DNA of 61,991 nt from Candidatus Cloacimonadota bacterium (GCA_034722995.1 JAYEOL010000032.1:1-61991); one strand, 5' to 3'; counted from the stretch's first letter, positions 40,922-50,331 are shown. The notes: generated by a model not told the origin, from the letters alone. A program made the numbers and translations.

Positions 40922-41852
40922 TGAAAATATGCAAGCAATAGTAGAACGACCTTCCGATGAAGAACAGCACCATCCAATGGAAGACCTGCTCAGAATGGAT
41001 AGAATGCCACATATCTGGTGCCCTGGATGTGGACTTGGCTCCTGTTTAACTGCATTTGTAGAAGGATTAATTAAAGCTGATGTCAATTTTGATAAGGTTG
41101 CAGTCGTTTCTGGTATTGGCTGCACAGGAAGAGTAGCCGGATATATTAAACTTGATTCCTATCACACTACGCATGGTAGAGCAATCCCTTTTGCAACAGG
41201 CATGAAATTAGCAAATAGAGATTTAACTGTTGTTGTTTTTTCCGGAGATGGTGATTTATTTGCTATTGGTGGCAACCATCTCATTCATGCTGCAAGAAGA
41301 AATGTAGACATTAATGTAATTTGTGTAAACAATTTTATCTATGGAATGACTGGTGGACAGAATGCACCGACAACTCCATTAAAGGCATATAGTTCCACAG
41401 CTCCTTATGGAAATTATGAGCAACCATTCAATTTAGTTGGAGTTGCTGCTGCCTCGGGTGCATCCTATGTCGCCAGATGGACCGCATTACATTTAAGAAG
41501 ATTAACGGATTCTATCGCCGAAGCTGCAAACAAGAAAGGATTTTGCTTTATTGAAATTGTATCACCTTGTGCAACGGTATTCGCAAGAAGAAATATGGGC
41601 GGAACAGGACTGGATTTACTTAAAGAATTCCAGAAAAGATCAATTATTGATCACTCTGCTGATCCAACTAAAATCCCAATAGATATGGACGGTAAGATTA
41701 TCTGTGGTGAATTTATAAATGAAGATAAACCAACATTCTGGGAAAATGTCCAAAGTGGAATCAAAAGTAAAGTAGAAAAAGAGGTAGAATGGGAAGAGAT
41801 GCAAAGAAAATTGAGACAAAAAGTAACCAAAAAAAGCAAATCTATGGAATAA
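40914..41852 (+). CDS. second 2-oxoacid:ferredoxin oxidoreductase, beta subunit
   Basis: WCPGCGLG, GIGCTGR, GDGDLFAIGGNH. ATG at 40914 follows GAGGTGG and overlaps the alpha-subunit stop codon. Confidence 0.85.
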   Translation: MNNENMQAIVERPSDEEQHHPMEDLLRMDRMPHIWCPGCGLGSCLTAFVEGLIKADVNFDKVAVVSGIGCTGRVAGYIKLDSYHTTHGRAIPFATGMKLANRDLTVVVFSGDGDLFAIGGNHLIHAARRNVDINVICVNNFIYGMTGGQNAPTTPLKAYSSTAPYGNYEQPFNLVGVAAASGASYVARWTALHLRRLTDSIAEAANKKGFCFIEIVSPCATVFARRNMGGTGLDLLKEFQKRSIIDHSADPTKIPIDMDGKIICGEFINEDKPTFWENVQSGIKSKVEKEVEWEEMQRKLRQKVTKKSKSME

Positions 41853-42008
41853 AGGCTCAACAAACGTTCTATAAAAATATTGAGTATTTAGTTCCATACC
41901 AATAAAATTGTGGTATCCTGCATCTATATTAAAAATGATGTCATCTCTAAATAATTTCATCACGATATATCAGGATTGGCTCTTGCTTATTCAGATTAGG
42001 AGTAATTT

Positions 42009-42545
42009 ATGAATGAACTTAAAGTAAAAATATCTGGCTTTGGTGGACAAGGTATTATTCTTTCTGCATATATTGTGGGTAAAGCTGCTTCAATCTATGA
42101 TGGTAAGCATGCTTCTATGACACAAGCCTATGGACCCGAGGCAAGAGGTGGTGCTTGTAGTTCTCAAGTGGTTATATCTTCTTATGAAATTGACTATCCG
42201 CTTGTAGATACCGCAGATGTATTAATTGCTCTATCCCAAGAAGGATATGATACATTCTTCCCAATTTTAAAAAAAGATGGAATTTTACTTTACGACTCAG
42301 ACTTAGTCACACATCTTAAATCTAATACAAAGGTAATACCAAAACCAATACCAGCCACAAGAATAGCAGAAAATTTAGGCAAAACTATCGTGGCTAACAT
42401 TGTGATGCTTGGCTTTGCAACTACTCAAGCCAAAATTGCTACACCTGAAGCAATGAAAAAATCCATAAAAGAATCCGTTCCGCAAAAATTTGTTGATTTG
42501 AATTTAACGGCATTTCAGATTGGATTGGAATATAAAGTGGATTAA
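42009..42545 (+). CDS. second 2-oxoacid:ferredoxin oxidoreductase, gamma subunit
   Basis: ISGFGGQGIILS...AYGPEARGG. Confidence 0.85.
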   Translation: MNELKVKISGFGGQGIILSAYIVGKAASIYDGKHASMTQAYGPEARGGACSSQVVISSYEIDYPLVDTADVLIALSQEGYDTFFPILKKDGILLYDSDLVTHLKSNTKVIPKPIPATRIAENLGKTIVANIVMLGFATTQAKIATPEAMKKSIKESVPQKFVDLNLTAFQIGLEYKVD

Positions 42546-42547
42546 CT

Positions 42548-42955
42548 ATGGCATATAAAATTACAGGAAAAAATATAAAAGATGATATAGTGGAAAAGGT
42601 TGAGGAAATATCCGGACAAAATGTATTTGAATGCTATCAATGCGGAAACTGTTCGGCAGGTTGCCCTGTTGTTGATTATATGGATATTGCTCCACATCAA
42701 ATTATGCGCCTTGCTCAGTTAGGAGCAACTGAGGAAATCTTAAACTGTGAAACAATATGGATATGTTCTGCTTGTCTGCAGTGCTCAACCCGATGTCCAA
42801 AAGGAATTGATGTTGCAAAAGTTATGGAAGCTTTCCGCACAATAAATTTGCGAAAAAGACTGGCACCATTAAATCCTGATGAAATTGCCGAGAAAGACCT
42901 AAAAGAACTGCCTCCGATTGCTTTGGTTGGTGCATTTAGAAAAATGACAGGATAA
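42548..42955 (+). CDS. hdrC: heterodisulfide reductase subunit C-like 2x[4Fe-4S] protein
   Basis: CYQCGNCSAGCP and CSACLQCSTRCP. Starts 3 nt after the OFOR gamma gene. Confidence 0.8.
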   Translation: MAYKITGKNIKDDIVEKVEEISGQNVFECYQCGNCSAGCPVVDYMDIAPHQIMRLAQLGATEEILNCETIWICSACLQCSTRCPKGIDVAKVMEAFRTINLRKRLAPLNPDEIAEKDLKELPPIALVGAFRKMTG

Positions 42956-42960
42956 AGAAA

Positions 42961-43085
42961 CGCCACAGATGCACGGAGAACACAGAGTAAGATAATTAAA
43001 TATGCTCCATTTTAAGAAAAATAAGCATTGTGGAAATATTGAATATTAATTTTAAATAATTCTCTGTGCCTCTGTGTCTCCGTGG
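42961..43085. repeat. MITE-like element between hdrC and hdrB
   Basis: Arms cgccacagatgcacggagaacacagag (42961-42987) and ctctgtgcctctgtgtctccgtggc (43062-43085) are imperfect inverted copies of the GCCAC-(CACNGAG)n family, around a 74-nt AT-rich core. Confidence 0.55.
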
Positions 43086-43110
43086 CAAACATAACTACAA
43101 GGAAAAAATT

Positions 43111-43989
43111 ATGAATCTACCTTATTATCCCGGCTGCACATTAAAAACAAATGCAAAGAATTTTGAAGATTCTGCAATGAGAGTAATGGAAGTTTTAGAT
43201 TATCCATTAAAAGAGATGGAAAATTGGGTCTGCTGTGGCACTGTATTTTCAATGACAAGTGATGACCTGATGCTCCAATTAGGTGCAATTCGCAATCTTT
43301 TACGAGCCGAAGAACAAAATCTGAAGGAATTGATAGTTCTATGTAGTATGTGCTACAATACTTTGAAAAGAGCAAAACAATTCATTACTGAAGATGAAGA
43401 GAATCTAAACAAGGTTAATGACCTGATGTATAAAGAAAACATCCGTTATAAAGGAACAGTTGATATTCATCATCTTTTAAGCATACTTCGTGATAGAGTA
43501 ACTTTTGATGCAATAAAAGAGAAAGTCAAAAAGCCGTTATCCTCGCTAAAAATTGGGGGATATTACGGATGTTTTCTTGTAAGGCCAAAAGAATTTGCAA
43601 TAGATGATTTTGAAGACCCAAGCATTATTGAGGACTTGCTTACATTATTAGGTGCAGATGGTATTGAATTTCCATATCGTCTGGAATGCTGTGGTGCTTA
43701 CCAAACTGTAACAAAAAAAGATGTAACTGCTATGCGAACTTATGAGATAATCAATTCTGCTAGAAGGGCAGGATGCGAAGCAATAGTTACATCTTGCCCA
43801 TTATGTGCGTTTAATCTTGACCAAAGACAGAAAGAAACCGCAAAAGAATTTGTAGAATTTGAACATATCCCTGTCTTTTACTTTACAGAATTGATGTCTA
43901 TTGCATTAGGCTGTGGCTGGGATGAAAATTGGACAAAACTTCATTATGTTAATCCTGAACCATTACTAAAAGAAAAAGGTTTAATATAA
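43111..43989 (+). CDS. hdrB: heterodisulfide reductase subunit B-like protein with two CCG domains
   Basis: PGC...WVCCG...LCSMC and YGC...ECCG...SCPLC. ATG at 43111 follows AAGGAAAA; the ORF-track start at 43066 lies inside the repeat. Confidence 0.8.
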   Translation: MNLPYYPGCTLKTNAKNFEDSAMRVMEVLDYPLKEMENWVCCGTVFSMTSDDLMLQLGAIRNLLRAEEQNLKELIVLCSMCYNTLKRAKQFITEDEENLNKVNDLMYKENIRYKGTVDIHHLLSILRDRVTFDAIKEKVKKPLSSLKIGGYYGCFLVRPKEFAIDDFEDPSIIEDLLTLLGADGIEFPYRLECCGAYQTVTKKDVTAMRTYEIINSARRAGCEAIVTSCPLCAFNLDQRQKETAKEFVEFEHIPVFYFTELMSIALGCGWDENWTKLHYVNPEPLLKEKGLI

Positions 43990-44597
43990 GCCACGAAGAA
44001 CGCGAAGAATCGCTAAAAGATTAAAAGAAACGGTCAAATTGGTGATAGCTTCTTGCTTCAATATATCAAAACCATTATTAGAAAAAGTTTGATGTAAGCA
44101 AGTAAGGACGCAAAGTAAGGCTAAAAAAATGAACAAAGACTTGTTATATGCGAAAGAAGTCTACAGAATAATAGGGGCAGCAATTGAAATACATAAAGAA
44201 CTTGGTCCGGGATTCTTAGAATCAGTCTATGAAGAAGCAATGGTAATTGAATCAAGCAAAAGACAGATACCATACGAAACGCAAGTTAAGATATCGGTTT
44301 ACTATAAAAACCAAAAATTAAAAAAAGAGTTTATAGCTGATTACATTGGATATGACAAAATCATAGTTGAATTTAAGTGTATACCTAAATTAACAAAGGT
44401 AGAAGAAGCTCAGATAATAAATTATTTAAAGGCAACAGGAATAAAAGTTGGAATATTAATTAATTTTGGTAGTCATGGAAAATTGGAATGGAAAAGGTAC
44501 ATCAGAACATTTATTGAAAACAAAAAGGATCATATAAGCCACGAAGAACGCGAAGAATCGCTAAAAGATTAAAAGAAACTGTCAAACTTGGTGATAA
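43985..44597. mobile_element. GxxExxY-gene cassette delimited by 63-65 nt direct repeats
   Basis: tataagccacgaagaacgcgaagaatcgctaaaagattaaaagaaac[g/t]gtcaaa(c)ttggtgata occurs at 43985-44047 and 44533-44597. Two inverted GTGGC-terminated copies follow at 44622-44652 and 44670-44700. Confidence 0.55.
44129..44572 (+). CDS. GxxExxY-family protein (PD-(D/E)XK-like)
   Basis: LGPGFLESVYEEAM (GxxExxY), then ADYIGYDKIIVEFKC (D...ExK). The last 14 residues are encoded by the direct repeat. Confidence 0.75.
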   Translation: MNKDLLYAKEVYRIIGAAIEIHKELGPGFLESVYEEAMVIESSKRQIPYETQVKISVYYKNQKLKKEFIADYIGYDKIIVEFKCIPKLTKVEEAQIINYLKATGIKVGILINFGSHGKLEWKRYIRTFIENKKDHISHEEREESLKD

Positions 44598-44719
44598 CTT
44601 TCATATATCAGAACAGTTCAGCTTTTCGTATTTCTCAGTGTTCTTGGTTGGCTAAAAAAAATATTTTAACCTTTCGTATTTCTTAGTGTTCTTAGTGGCT
44701 AAATATATAAGAGGATAGA

Positions 44720-47113
44720 ATGAAACGAATCGGAGTTTTTATTTGCCATTGTGGTGAAAATATTGCTGATACTGTTGATGTAGAAAGGGTTGCCAAAGAA
44801 ATCGGCAATTATAGCGGAGTTGTTTATAGCACTGATTATACTTTTATGTGTTCTGACCCCGGGCAGAAAATTATAAAAGATGCAATAAAAGAGAAAAAAT
44901 TGGATGGGGTAATTGTAGCAAGTTGTTCACCCACAATGCATGAAGCAACTTTTAGGAAAGCGGCCGCATCTGCCGGATTAAATCCATATCAATGTGAAAT
45001 AGCCAATATTCGTGAGCAATGCAGTTGGGTTCATTCTAACAAAGAAGAGGGTACAAAAAAAGCAATTCTTATCATAAAATCTATGATTGAAAAGCTAAAA
45101 TTGAATGAATCATTATACCCAATATCTTCACCGACAAATAAGAATGTGTTAATAATAGGTGCTGGAATTGCCGGGATACAAGCGGCATTGGACATTGCTG
45201 ATGCAGGACATAAAGTTTTTTTAGTGGAAAGGAGACCATATATTGGTGGGCATATGATTCAATTATCAGTAACCTTTCCAACTCTTGATTGCTCGCAATG
45301 TATTTTAACACCCAAAATGGTTCAAGTTGACCAGAGTGAGAATATTGACCTCTTCGTTAATAGCGAAATAGAATCAATTGATGGTGCTGTGGGTAATTTT
45401 AAGGTCAAAATTAAGAGAAAAGCACAATATATAAATCCTGATATATGCACTGGTTGTGGGGATTGTATAGATGTTTGTCCAGTACTTGTTCCGGATGAAT
45501 ACGAGGAAGGGCTTTCATATCGCAAAGCAGTTTATATGTCGTTTGCACAGGTGATTCCATATACATATACATTGGATATTGATAATTGTTTGGGATTAAA
45601 CCCTATTGCTTGTGGGAAATGCAAAGATGCCTGTAAGGAAGATGCTATCAATTATGACGCAAAAGATGAAATTATTGAAAAAGATGTTGGGGCAGTTATT
45701 GTTGCAACTGGATATGATTTATATCCTATGGAAAATATCGGAGAATATGGTTATGGAAAATATCCAGATGTGGTTAGTGGACTGCAGTTTGAAAGACTTA
45801 TCTTTGCGGTTGGTCCATCAGGTGGAAAAATGCTACGACCATCGGATGGAAAGCCGGTAAAGGAAATTGCTTTTATCCAATGTGCTGGATCACGGGACCC
45901 GGAGAGACATCTTTCTCATTGCTCAAAAATATGCTGTATGTATACAGCCAAACAGGCAAAGATGTTTAAAAATAAGGTGCCGGATGGACAGTCATATATC
46001 TTTTATATTGATATTAGAGCTACTGGAAAAGATTATGAAGAGTTTATTCAAACAGCTCAATTGGAGCAAAAGTTAGTTTATATCCGAGGTAAGGTCTCCC
46101 GTATTTATAAAGAAAATGGTAAGATGATTATCAATGCTTTTGACACTCTCTCCGGCAAGAAAATTGAAGCAAAAGTGGATATGGTAGTTCTCGCATTAGG
46201 AATGATACCAAGTTTTGGAACTGATGAACTGGCAAGAAAACTTAATCTTTCAGAAGGAACATCTGGATTTCTGACAGAAGCACATCCTAAATTAAGACCG
46301 GTAGAAACCGTTAATCCTGGATTTTTCCTTGCCGGAACATGCCAGGCGCCAAGAGATATACCTGAAACTGTTGCACAGGCCTCTGGGGCGGCTTCAAAAG
46401 CGTTATCATTATTGGCACATGATACTATAGAAAAATCGCCAGTTGTTGTGAAAGTTGATGTTGAAAAATGTACCGGATGTGGAGATTGTGTTAAGAAATG
46501 TCCTTTTGATGCAATTACTATTGATAAAGTTCAAAATATCGCGGTAATTGATGAAATGAAATGTAAAGGATGTGGCTTTTGTATTCCAGAATGCCCTGAG
46601 GATGCATTAGAACAAAAGAACCTCTCTGACCGGCAAATCTATAATATGATAGATGGCATATTAGAGAAGGATAAGCAGATTGTAAAAGGTAAAGAATTTG
46701 AGCCTAAAATTGTGTGCTTTTTTAGTAATATTGGTGCTTATCAGGCCGCAGACCTTGCTGGTATTGGAAGAATGGAATATAAACCAAATGCTTTAATAAT
46801 TAGACTTCTTTCAATTTCAATGTTAGACGACAAGCACATTTTATATGCTTTAAAAAATGGTGCTGATGGCGTGCTTATCAGCGGAAGTCATCCGGGTGAA
46901 TCACCTTATCCTGGAGCAAGTAAGAAAACAAAAGAAAGAGTAGATGCTCTTAAAAATAAAATAAAAGAGGCAGGACTAAATCCTGAGAGAATAAAATTAG
47001 AATGGTATGCAGGAAGACAAGCAAAAGGATTCGCTGGTTTCGTAGATACATTTGTTGAATATCTTAAAAAGCAGGGTCCGGTCCAGTCAGAAAATTGGAA
47101 GACTTTAAATTAG
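44720..47113 (+). CDS. hdrA: heterodisulfide reductase subunit A-like flavoprotein fused to an MvhD-like C-terminal domain
   Basis: IGVFICHCGENIA, IIGAGIAGIQAALD (FAD), CSQCILTPKM, two ferredoxin inserts (CTGCGDCIDVCP; CTGCGDCVKKCP, CKGCGFCIPECP). The C-terminal 137 aa align to MvhD. Terminates with TAG. Confidence 0.85.
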   Translation: MKRIGVFICHCGENIADTVDVERVAKEIGNYSGVVYSTDYTFMCSDPGQKIIKDAIKEKKLDGVIVASCSPTMHEATFRKAAASAGLNPYQCEIANIREQCSWVHSNKEEGTKKAILIIKSMIEKLKLNESLYPISSPTNKNVLIIGAGIAGIQAALDIADAGHKVFLVERRPYIGGHMIQLSVTFPTLDCSQCILTPKMVQVDQSENIDLFVNSEIESIDGAVGNFKVKIKRKAQYINPDICTGCGDCIDVCPVLVPDEYEEGLSYRKAVYMSFAQVIPYTYTLDIDNCLGLNPIACGKCKDACKEDAINYDAKDEIIEKDVGAVIVATGYDLYPMENIGEYGYGKYPDVVSGLQFERLIFAVGPSGGKMLRPSDGKPVKEIAFIQCAGSRDPERHLSHCSKICCMYTAKQAKMFKNKVPDGQSYIFYIDIRATGKDYEEFIQTAQLEQKLVYIRGKVSRIYKENGKMIINAFDTLSGKKIEAKVDMVVLALGMIPSFGTDELARKLNLSEGTSGFLTEAHPKLRPVETVNPGFFLAGTCQAPRDIPETVAQASGAASKALSLLAHDTIEKSPVVVKVDVEKCTGCGDCVKKCPFDAITIDKVQNIAVIDEMKCKGCGFCIPECPEDALEQKNLSDRQIYNMIDGILEKDKQIVKGKEFEPKIVCFFSNIGAYQAADLAGIGRMEYKPNALIIRLLSISMLDDKHILYALKNGADGVLISGSHPGESPYPGASKKTKERVDALKNKIKEAGLNPERIKLEWYAGRQAKGFAGFVDTFVEYLKKQGPVQSENWKTLN

Positions 47114-47194
47114 AATAAATTTCTGTTAGCAAAGATAAGAAATTGATAAATTCTTCCGAGTTTTTATAAAGAAAATTTATATGGAGGATTGATA

Positions 47195-47887
47195 ATGTCA
47201 GAGTCAGAAAAAGATAAAATGGTTAAAATCTATATTTTGGGCGAGGGCTTTGATGTGCCTGCTGGCTCAACTATTGTTACTGCAATGGAATATGCCGGAT
47301 TTCAATTAACAACTGGTGTTGGCTGTAGAGAAGGCTTTTGCGGCGCTTGTGCAACCCTATATCGTGAAAAAGGTGACTATAAATTACAGGCAGGTCTTGC
47401 CTGCCAAACTGTGGTTTCTGACGGAATGTATATCGCACAGATACCATTTGTGCCTGCTGAAAAACCTATCTATGACATTACAAAACTAACGCCTGATATT
47501 GATTCTATTAAAACACTTTATCCAACTGTATTCCGTTGCGTATCTTGTAATACTTGCACTAAAGCCTGCCCACAAGATATAGAGGTTATGGACTATGTTC
47601 AAGCATTAATAAAAGGAGATATTGCAAAGGCAGCAGATTTGTCATTTGATTGCATTCGCTGTGGACTTTGTGCATTAAGATGTCCCTCTGAAATTGTACA
47701 ATACAATGCCGGAATTTTAGCTCGTCGCCTTACAGGAAGGTATCTCCTCAAAAAAAGTCCTGACCTTGAACCCCGTGTGAAAGAAATCGCTGAAAGAAAA
47801 TTTGATAAAGAACTTGAAAAATTAATGAGAACAGACAAAGAAAAAATAAAAAAATTATATTATGAAAGAGAAATAAAACTCGGATAG
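47195..47887 (+). CDS. SdhB/FrdB-like iron-sulfur protein ([2Fe-2S] plus two CxxCxxCxxxCP motifs)
   Basis: GCREGFCGACATLY...LAC, then CVSCNTCTKACP and CIRCGLCALRCP. ATG at 47195 lies 7 nt after GGAGG. Terminates with TAG. Confidence 0.75.
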   Translation: MSESEKDKMVKIYILGEGFDVPAGSTIVTAMEYAGFQLTTGVGCREGFCGACATLYREKGDYKLQAGLACQTVVSDGMYIAQIPFVPAEKPIYDITKLTPDIDSIKTLYPTVFRCVSCNTCTKACPQDIEVMDYVQALIKGDIAKAADLSFDCIRCGLCALRCPSEIVQYNAGILARRLTGRYLLKKSPDLEPRVKEIAERKFDKELEKLMRTDKEKIKKLYYEREIKLG

Positions 47888-48033
47888 ATTTAATGAAAGA
47901 TTGTCCCGACCTGTCGGGATCCCGATTCATCGGGGAAGGATTGGAAATGCTAAATTTTGCAAAAATTTTAAGATCTATACGAACCTTTTAATTTTTATAA
48001 ATCTTTAAAAAAAATTATTAATTAGGAGAGGCT

Positions 48034-49701
48034 ATGTATCCAGAATATATGCAAGAATCAATAAAAAATGTTGAGAGAACAAGACCTGCAAGGTTAAAAT
48101 TAGCAAAGTCAGGAAAGCAATTATTCCCTCGTATGTCCGCAGAAGAAAGGGATGTAGTTCTAAACAAATTTCACCCAGATTACAAAACAAATGCAAGACG
48201 GGAAATAAGAATAGGTCCAAATAAAGGAGAAAGAATAACAACAAAAGTAGCTGAACTTCTTGAGACCTACTCAAGAATTAATCCAGCAGACTTTGATTTA
48301 TCCCATCCTGATTATGAGACGGATGTGTTGGTAATAGGTGCTGGTTCTGCAGGATTCTCTGCTTCTATACTTGCTTCAGAAAATGGGGCAGATGTAATTC
48401 TCGTTACTAAACTCAGAGTTGGAGATTCAAACTCAATGATGGCTCAAGGTGGCATTCAAGCTGCAGTCAGACCTGACGATTCACCTGTTTTACATTATTT
48501 AGATGTTATTGGTGGAGGTCATTTTGATAATAAACCCGAGTTAGTTAACGCATTGGTTTCAGATGCTCCGGATGCAATAAAATGGTTGCAAGACATGGGG
48601 GTTATGTTTGATAGAAATCCTGATGGAACAATGTTTACGAAATCGGGTGGTGGAACTTGCAGACCACGAATGCACTCTGCCAGAGACTATACTGGTGCAG
48701 CTATCTGCAGAACTCTGCGTGATGAGGTTTATAACAGACCTGATAAGATTAAAATCCTTGAACATCAACCTGCTGTGGAGCTAATAAAAGATAGTGATGG
48801 ACGCGTCGCAGGTGCGGTCCTTTATCATCTTGAAAATAAAGAATATTTTACTGTTAAAGCCAAGGCTACAATCCTTTCTACAGGTGGGTTTGGCAGACTG
48901 CACATACAGGGATTTGAAACCACAAATCACTACGGCGCTACCGCAGATGGTCTGGTAATGGGCTATAGGGCTGGCGCAAACTTATTATATATGGATTCTG
49001 TCCAGTATCATCCAACCGGAGCTGTATATCCACTGCAAATTATGGGATTTCTATGCACAGAAAAATTGCGCGGAATGGGTGCACAGCCTGTAAATAAAAA
49101 TGGTGAACTCTTTGTATATCCTCTTGAACCAAGAGATATAGAGGCTTCATCTTTCATACGGGAATGTACAGAGAGAGGAAACGGAATAAAAACTCCATCT
49201 GGAAATGTAGGAATCTGGCTGGATACTCCACTTATTGAACAGATAAATGGCGAAGGAGCAATTAAAGAAAATCTACCTGCTATGTTAAGACAGTTTGGTC
49301 GCTTTGATGTGGACATAACAAAAGAGCCGATGCTCGTTTATCCTACTTTGCATTATCAAAACGGCGGAATAGAAATAAACGACCATTGCGAAACAAAGTT
49401 GCCTGGACTTTATGTTGCTGGCGAGGCTTCTGGCGGGGTGCATGGTAGAAATAGATTAATGGGCAATTCACAATTAGATTTAATAGTATTTGGCAGAAGA
49501 GCTGGTAAATATGCGACAGAATATGCAAAAGGTGCAAAACTTGGCAAATTGAATTTAGACCATGTTTACGAATATGAAAAAGAAGTAGAAAAATTTGGTA
49601 TTGATAGGAAAAATATCTCCCCAATGGTTCTACCTGACTATATTCCAGAAGCAGTGAAAAAGAGACAGTATACTGCCCACTATGAAGGAACGCTTAGATA
49701 A
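48034..49701 (+). CDS. fumarate reductase / succinate dehydrogenase flavoprotein-family protein with ~95-aa N-terminal extension
   Basis: VLVIGAGSAGFSAS (FAD), SMMAQGGIQAA, VQYHPTG, CTEKLRGMGA, GGVHGRNRLMGNSQLDLIVFGRRAG. Confidence 0.8.
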   Translation: MYPEYMQESIKNVERTRPARLKLAKSGKQLFPRMSAEERDVVLNKFHPDYKTNARREIRIGPNKGERITTKVAELLETYSRINPADFDLSHPDYETDVLVIGAGSAGFSASILASENGADVILVTKLRVGDSNSMMAQGGIQAAVRPDDSPVLHYLDVIGGGHFDNKPELVNALVSDAPDAIKWLQDMGVMFDRNPDGTMFTKSGGGTCRPRMHSARDYTGAAICRTLRDEVYNRPDKIKILEHQPAVELIKDSDGRVAGAVLYHLENKEYFTVKAKATILSTGGFGRLHIQGFETTNHYGATADGLVMGYRAGANLLYMDSVQYHPTGAVYPLQIMGFLCTEKLRGMGAQPVNKNGELFVYPLEPRDIEASSFIRECTERGNGIKTPSGNVGIWLDTPLIEQINGEGAIKENLPAMLRQFGRFDVDITKEPMLVYPTLHYQNGGIEINDHCETKLPGLYVAGEASGGVHGRNRLMGNSQLDLIVFGRRAGKYATEYAKGAKLGKLNLDHVYEYEKEVEKFGIDRKNISPMVLPDYIPEAVKKRQYTAHYEGTLR

Positions 49702-49704
49702 CAA

Positions 49705-50331
49705 ATTTCTAAATCCGAAATTCTAAATCCGAAATAAGTTCAAATTTACCCTGTGAACTAAAATGCAAAATAATAAACATTATGATTTAGAAGAACGTCC
49801 GCCAGTTGGCGGATTGCTAAGAGGGTTAGAAATTTAGTTAAGAAAATACCAAAAACAATGTCAAATTTAGAATATGGAAAGCAGTTAATAAGATCTTCTA
49901 GTTCTGTTGGAGCAAATTACACTTGCCCCGTTAGATAAAACTTAATGATGGGTAAGCAGATTAATAAAATTGTTGCCAATAAGTATATAAACTTGTGGTT
50001 TAATACAAGGAGTAATTATCTAACGGGGTGAAAAGCAAATGAATCATTAAGTAAAAAAGATTTTCTAATGCGGATAAAGATTTGTCGCAAAGAATCTAAA
50101 GAAAGTACATTTTGGTTAAAATTATGTGAAGTAAAAAATGAAGCAGAAGAAAAAGAGAGAAAATTTCTAATAGGTGAAGCAACTGAATTAATGAAAATAT
50201 TTGGATCTATTGTTGCCAAAGCAAAATAACAATAAGTTTTAGAACTTTTTAAATTTTGGTTATTAGAATTTTGAAATTGTTTAGTCCCCGATTAAATCGG
50301 GGATAGAAATTAGAATTTAGAATTTGTAAAT
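49705..50331. mobile_element. second four-helix-bundle cassette, bounded by inverted TTCTAAAT-type repeats
   Basis: Left arm atttctaaatccgaaattctaaatccgaaat (49705-49735). Right arm agaaattagaatttagaatttgtaaat (50305-50331) is related in reverse complement. Confidence 0.45.
49763..50229 (+). pseudogene. four-helix-bundle (23S IVS protein family) gene disrupted by two small palindromic insertions
   Basis: MQNNKHYDLEER, then the 14-nt palindrome ccgccagttggcgg (49799-49812), whose removal restores the frame into IAKRVRNLVKKIPKTMSNLEYGKQLIRSSSSVGANY. A ~110-nt insert with ccccgttagat / atctaacgggg ends follows (49921-50033). The frame then resumes as ANESLSKKDFLMRIKICRKESKESTFW... Confidence 0.7.
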
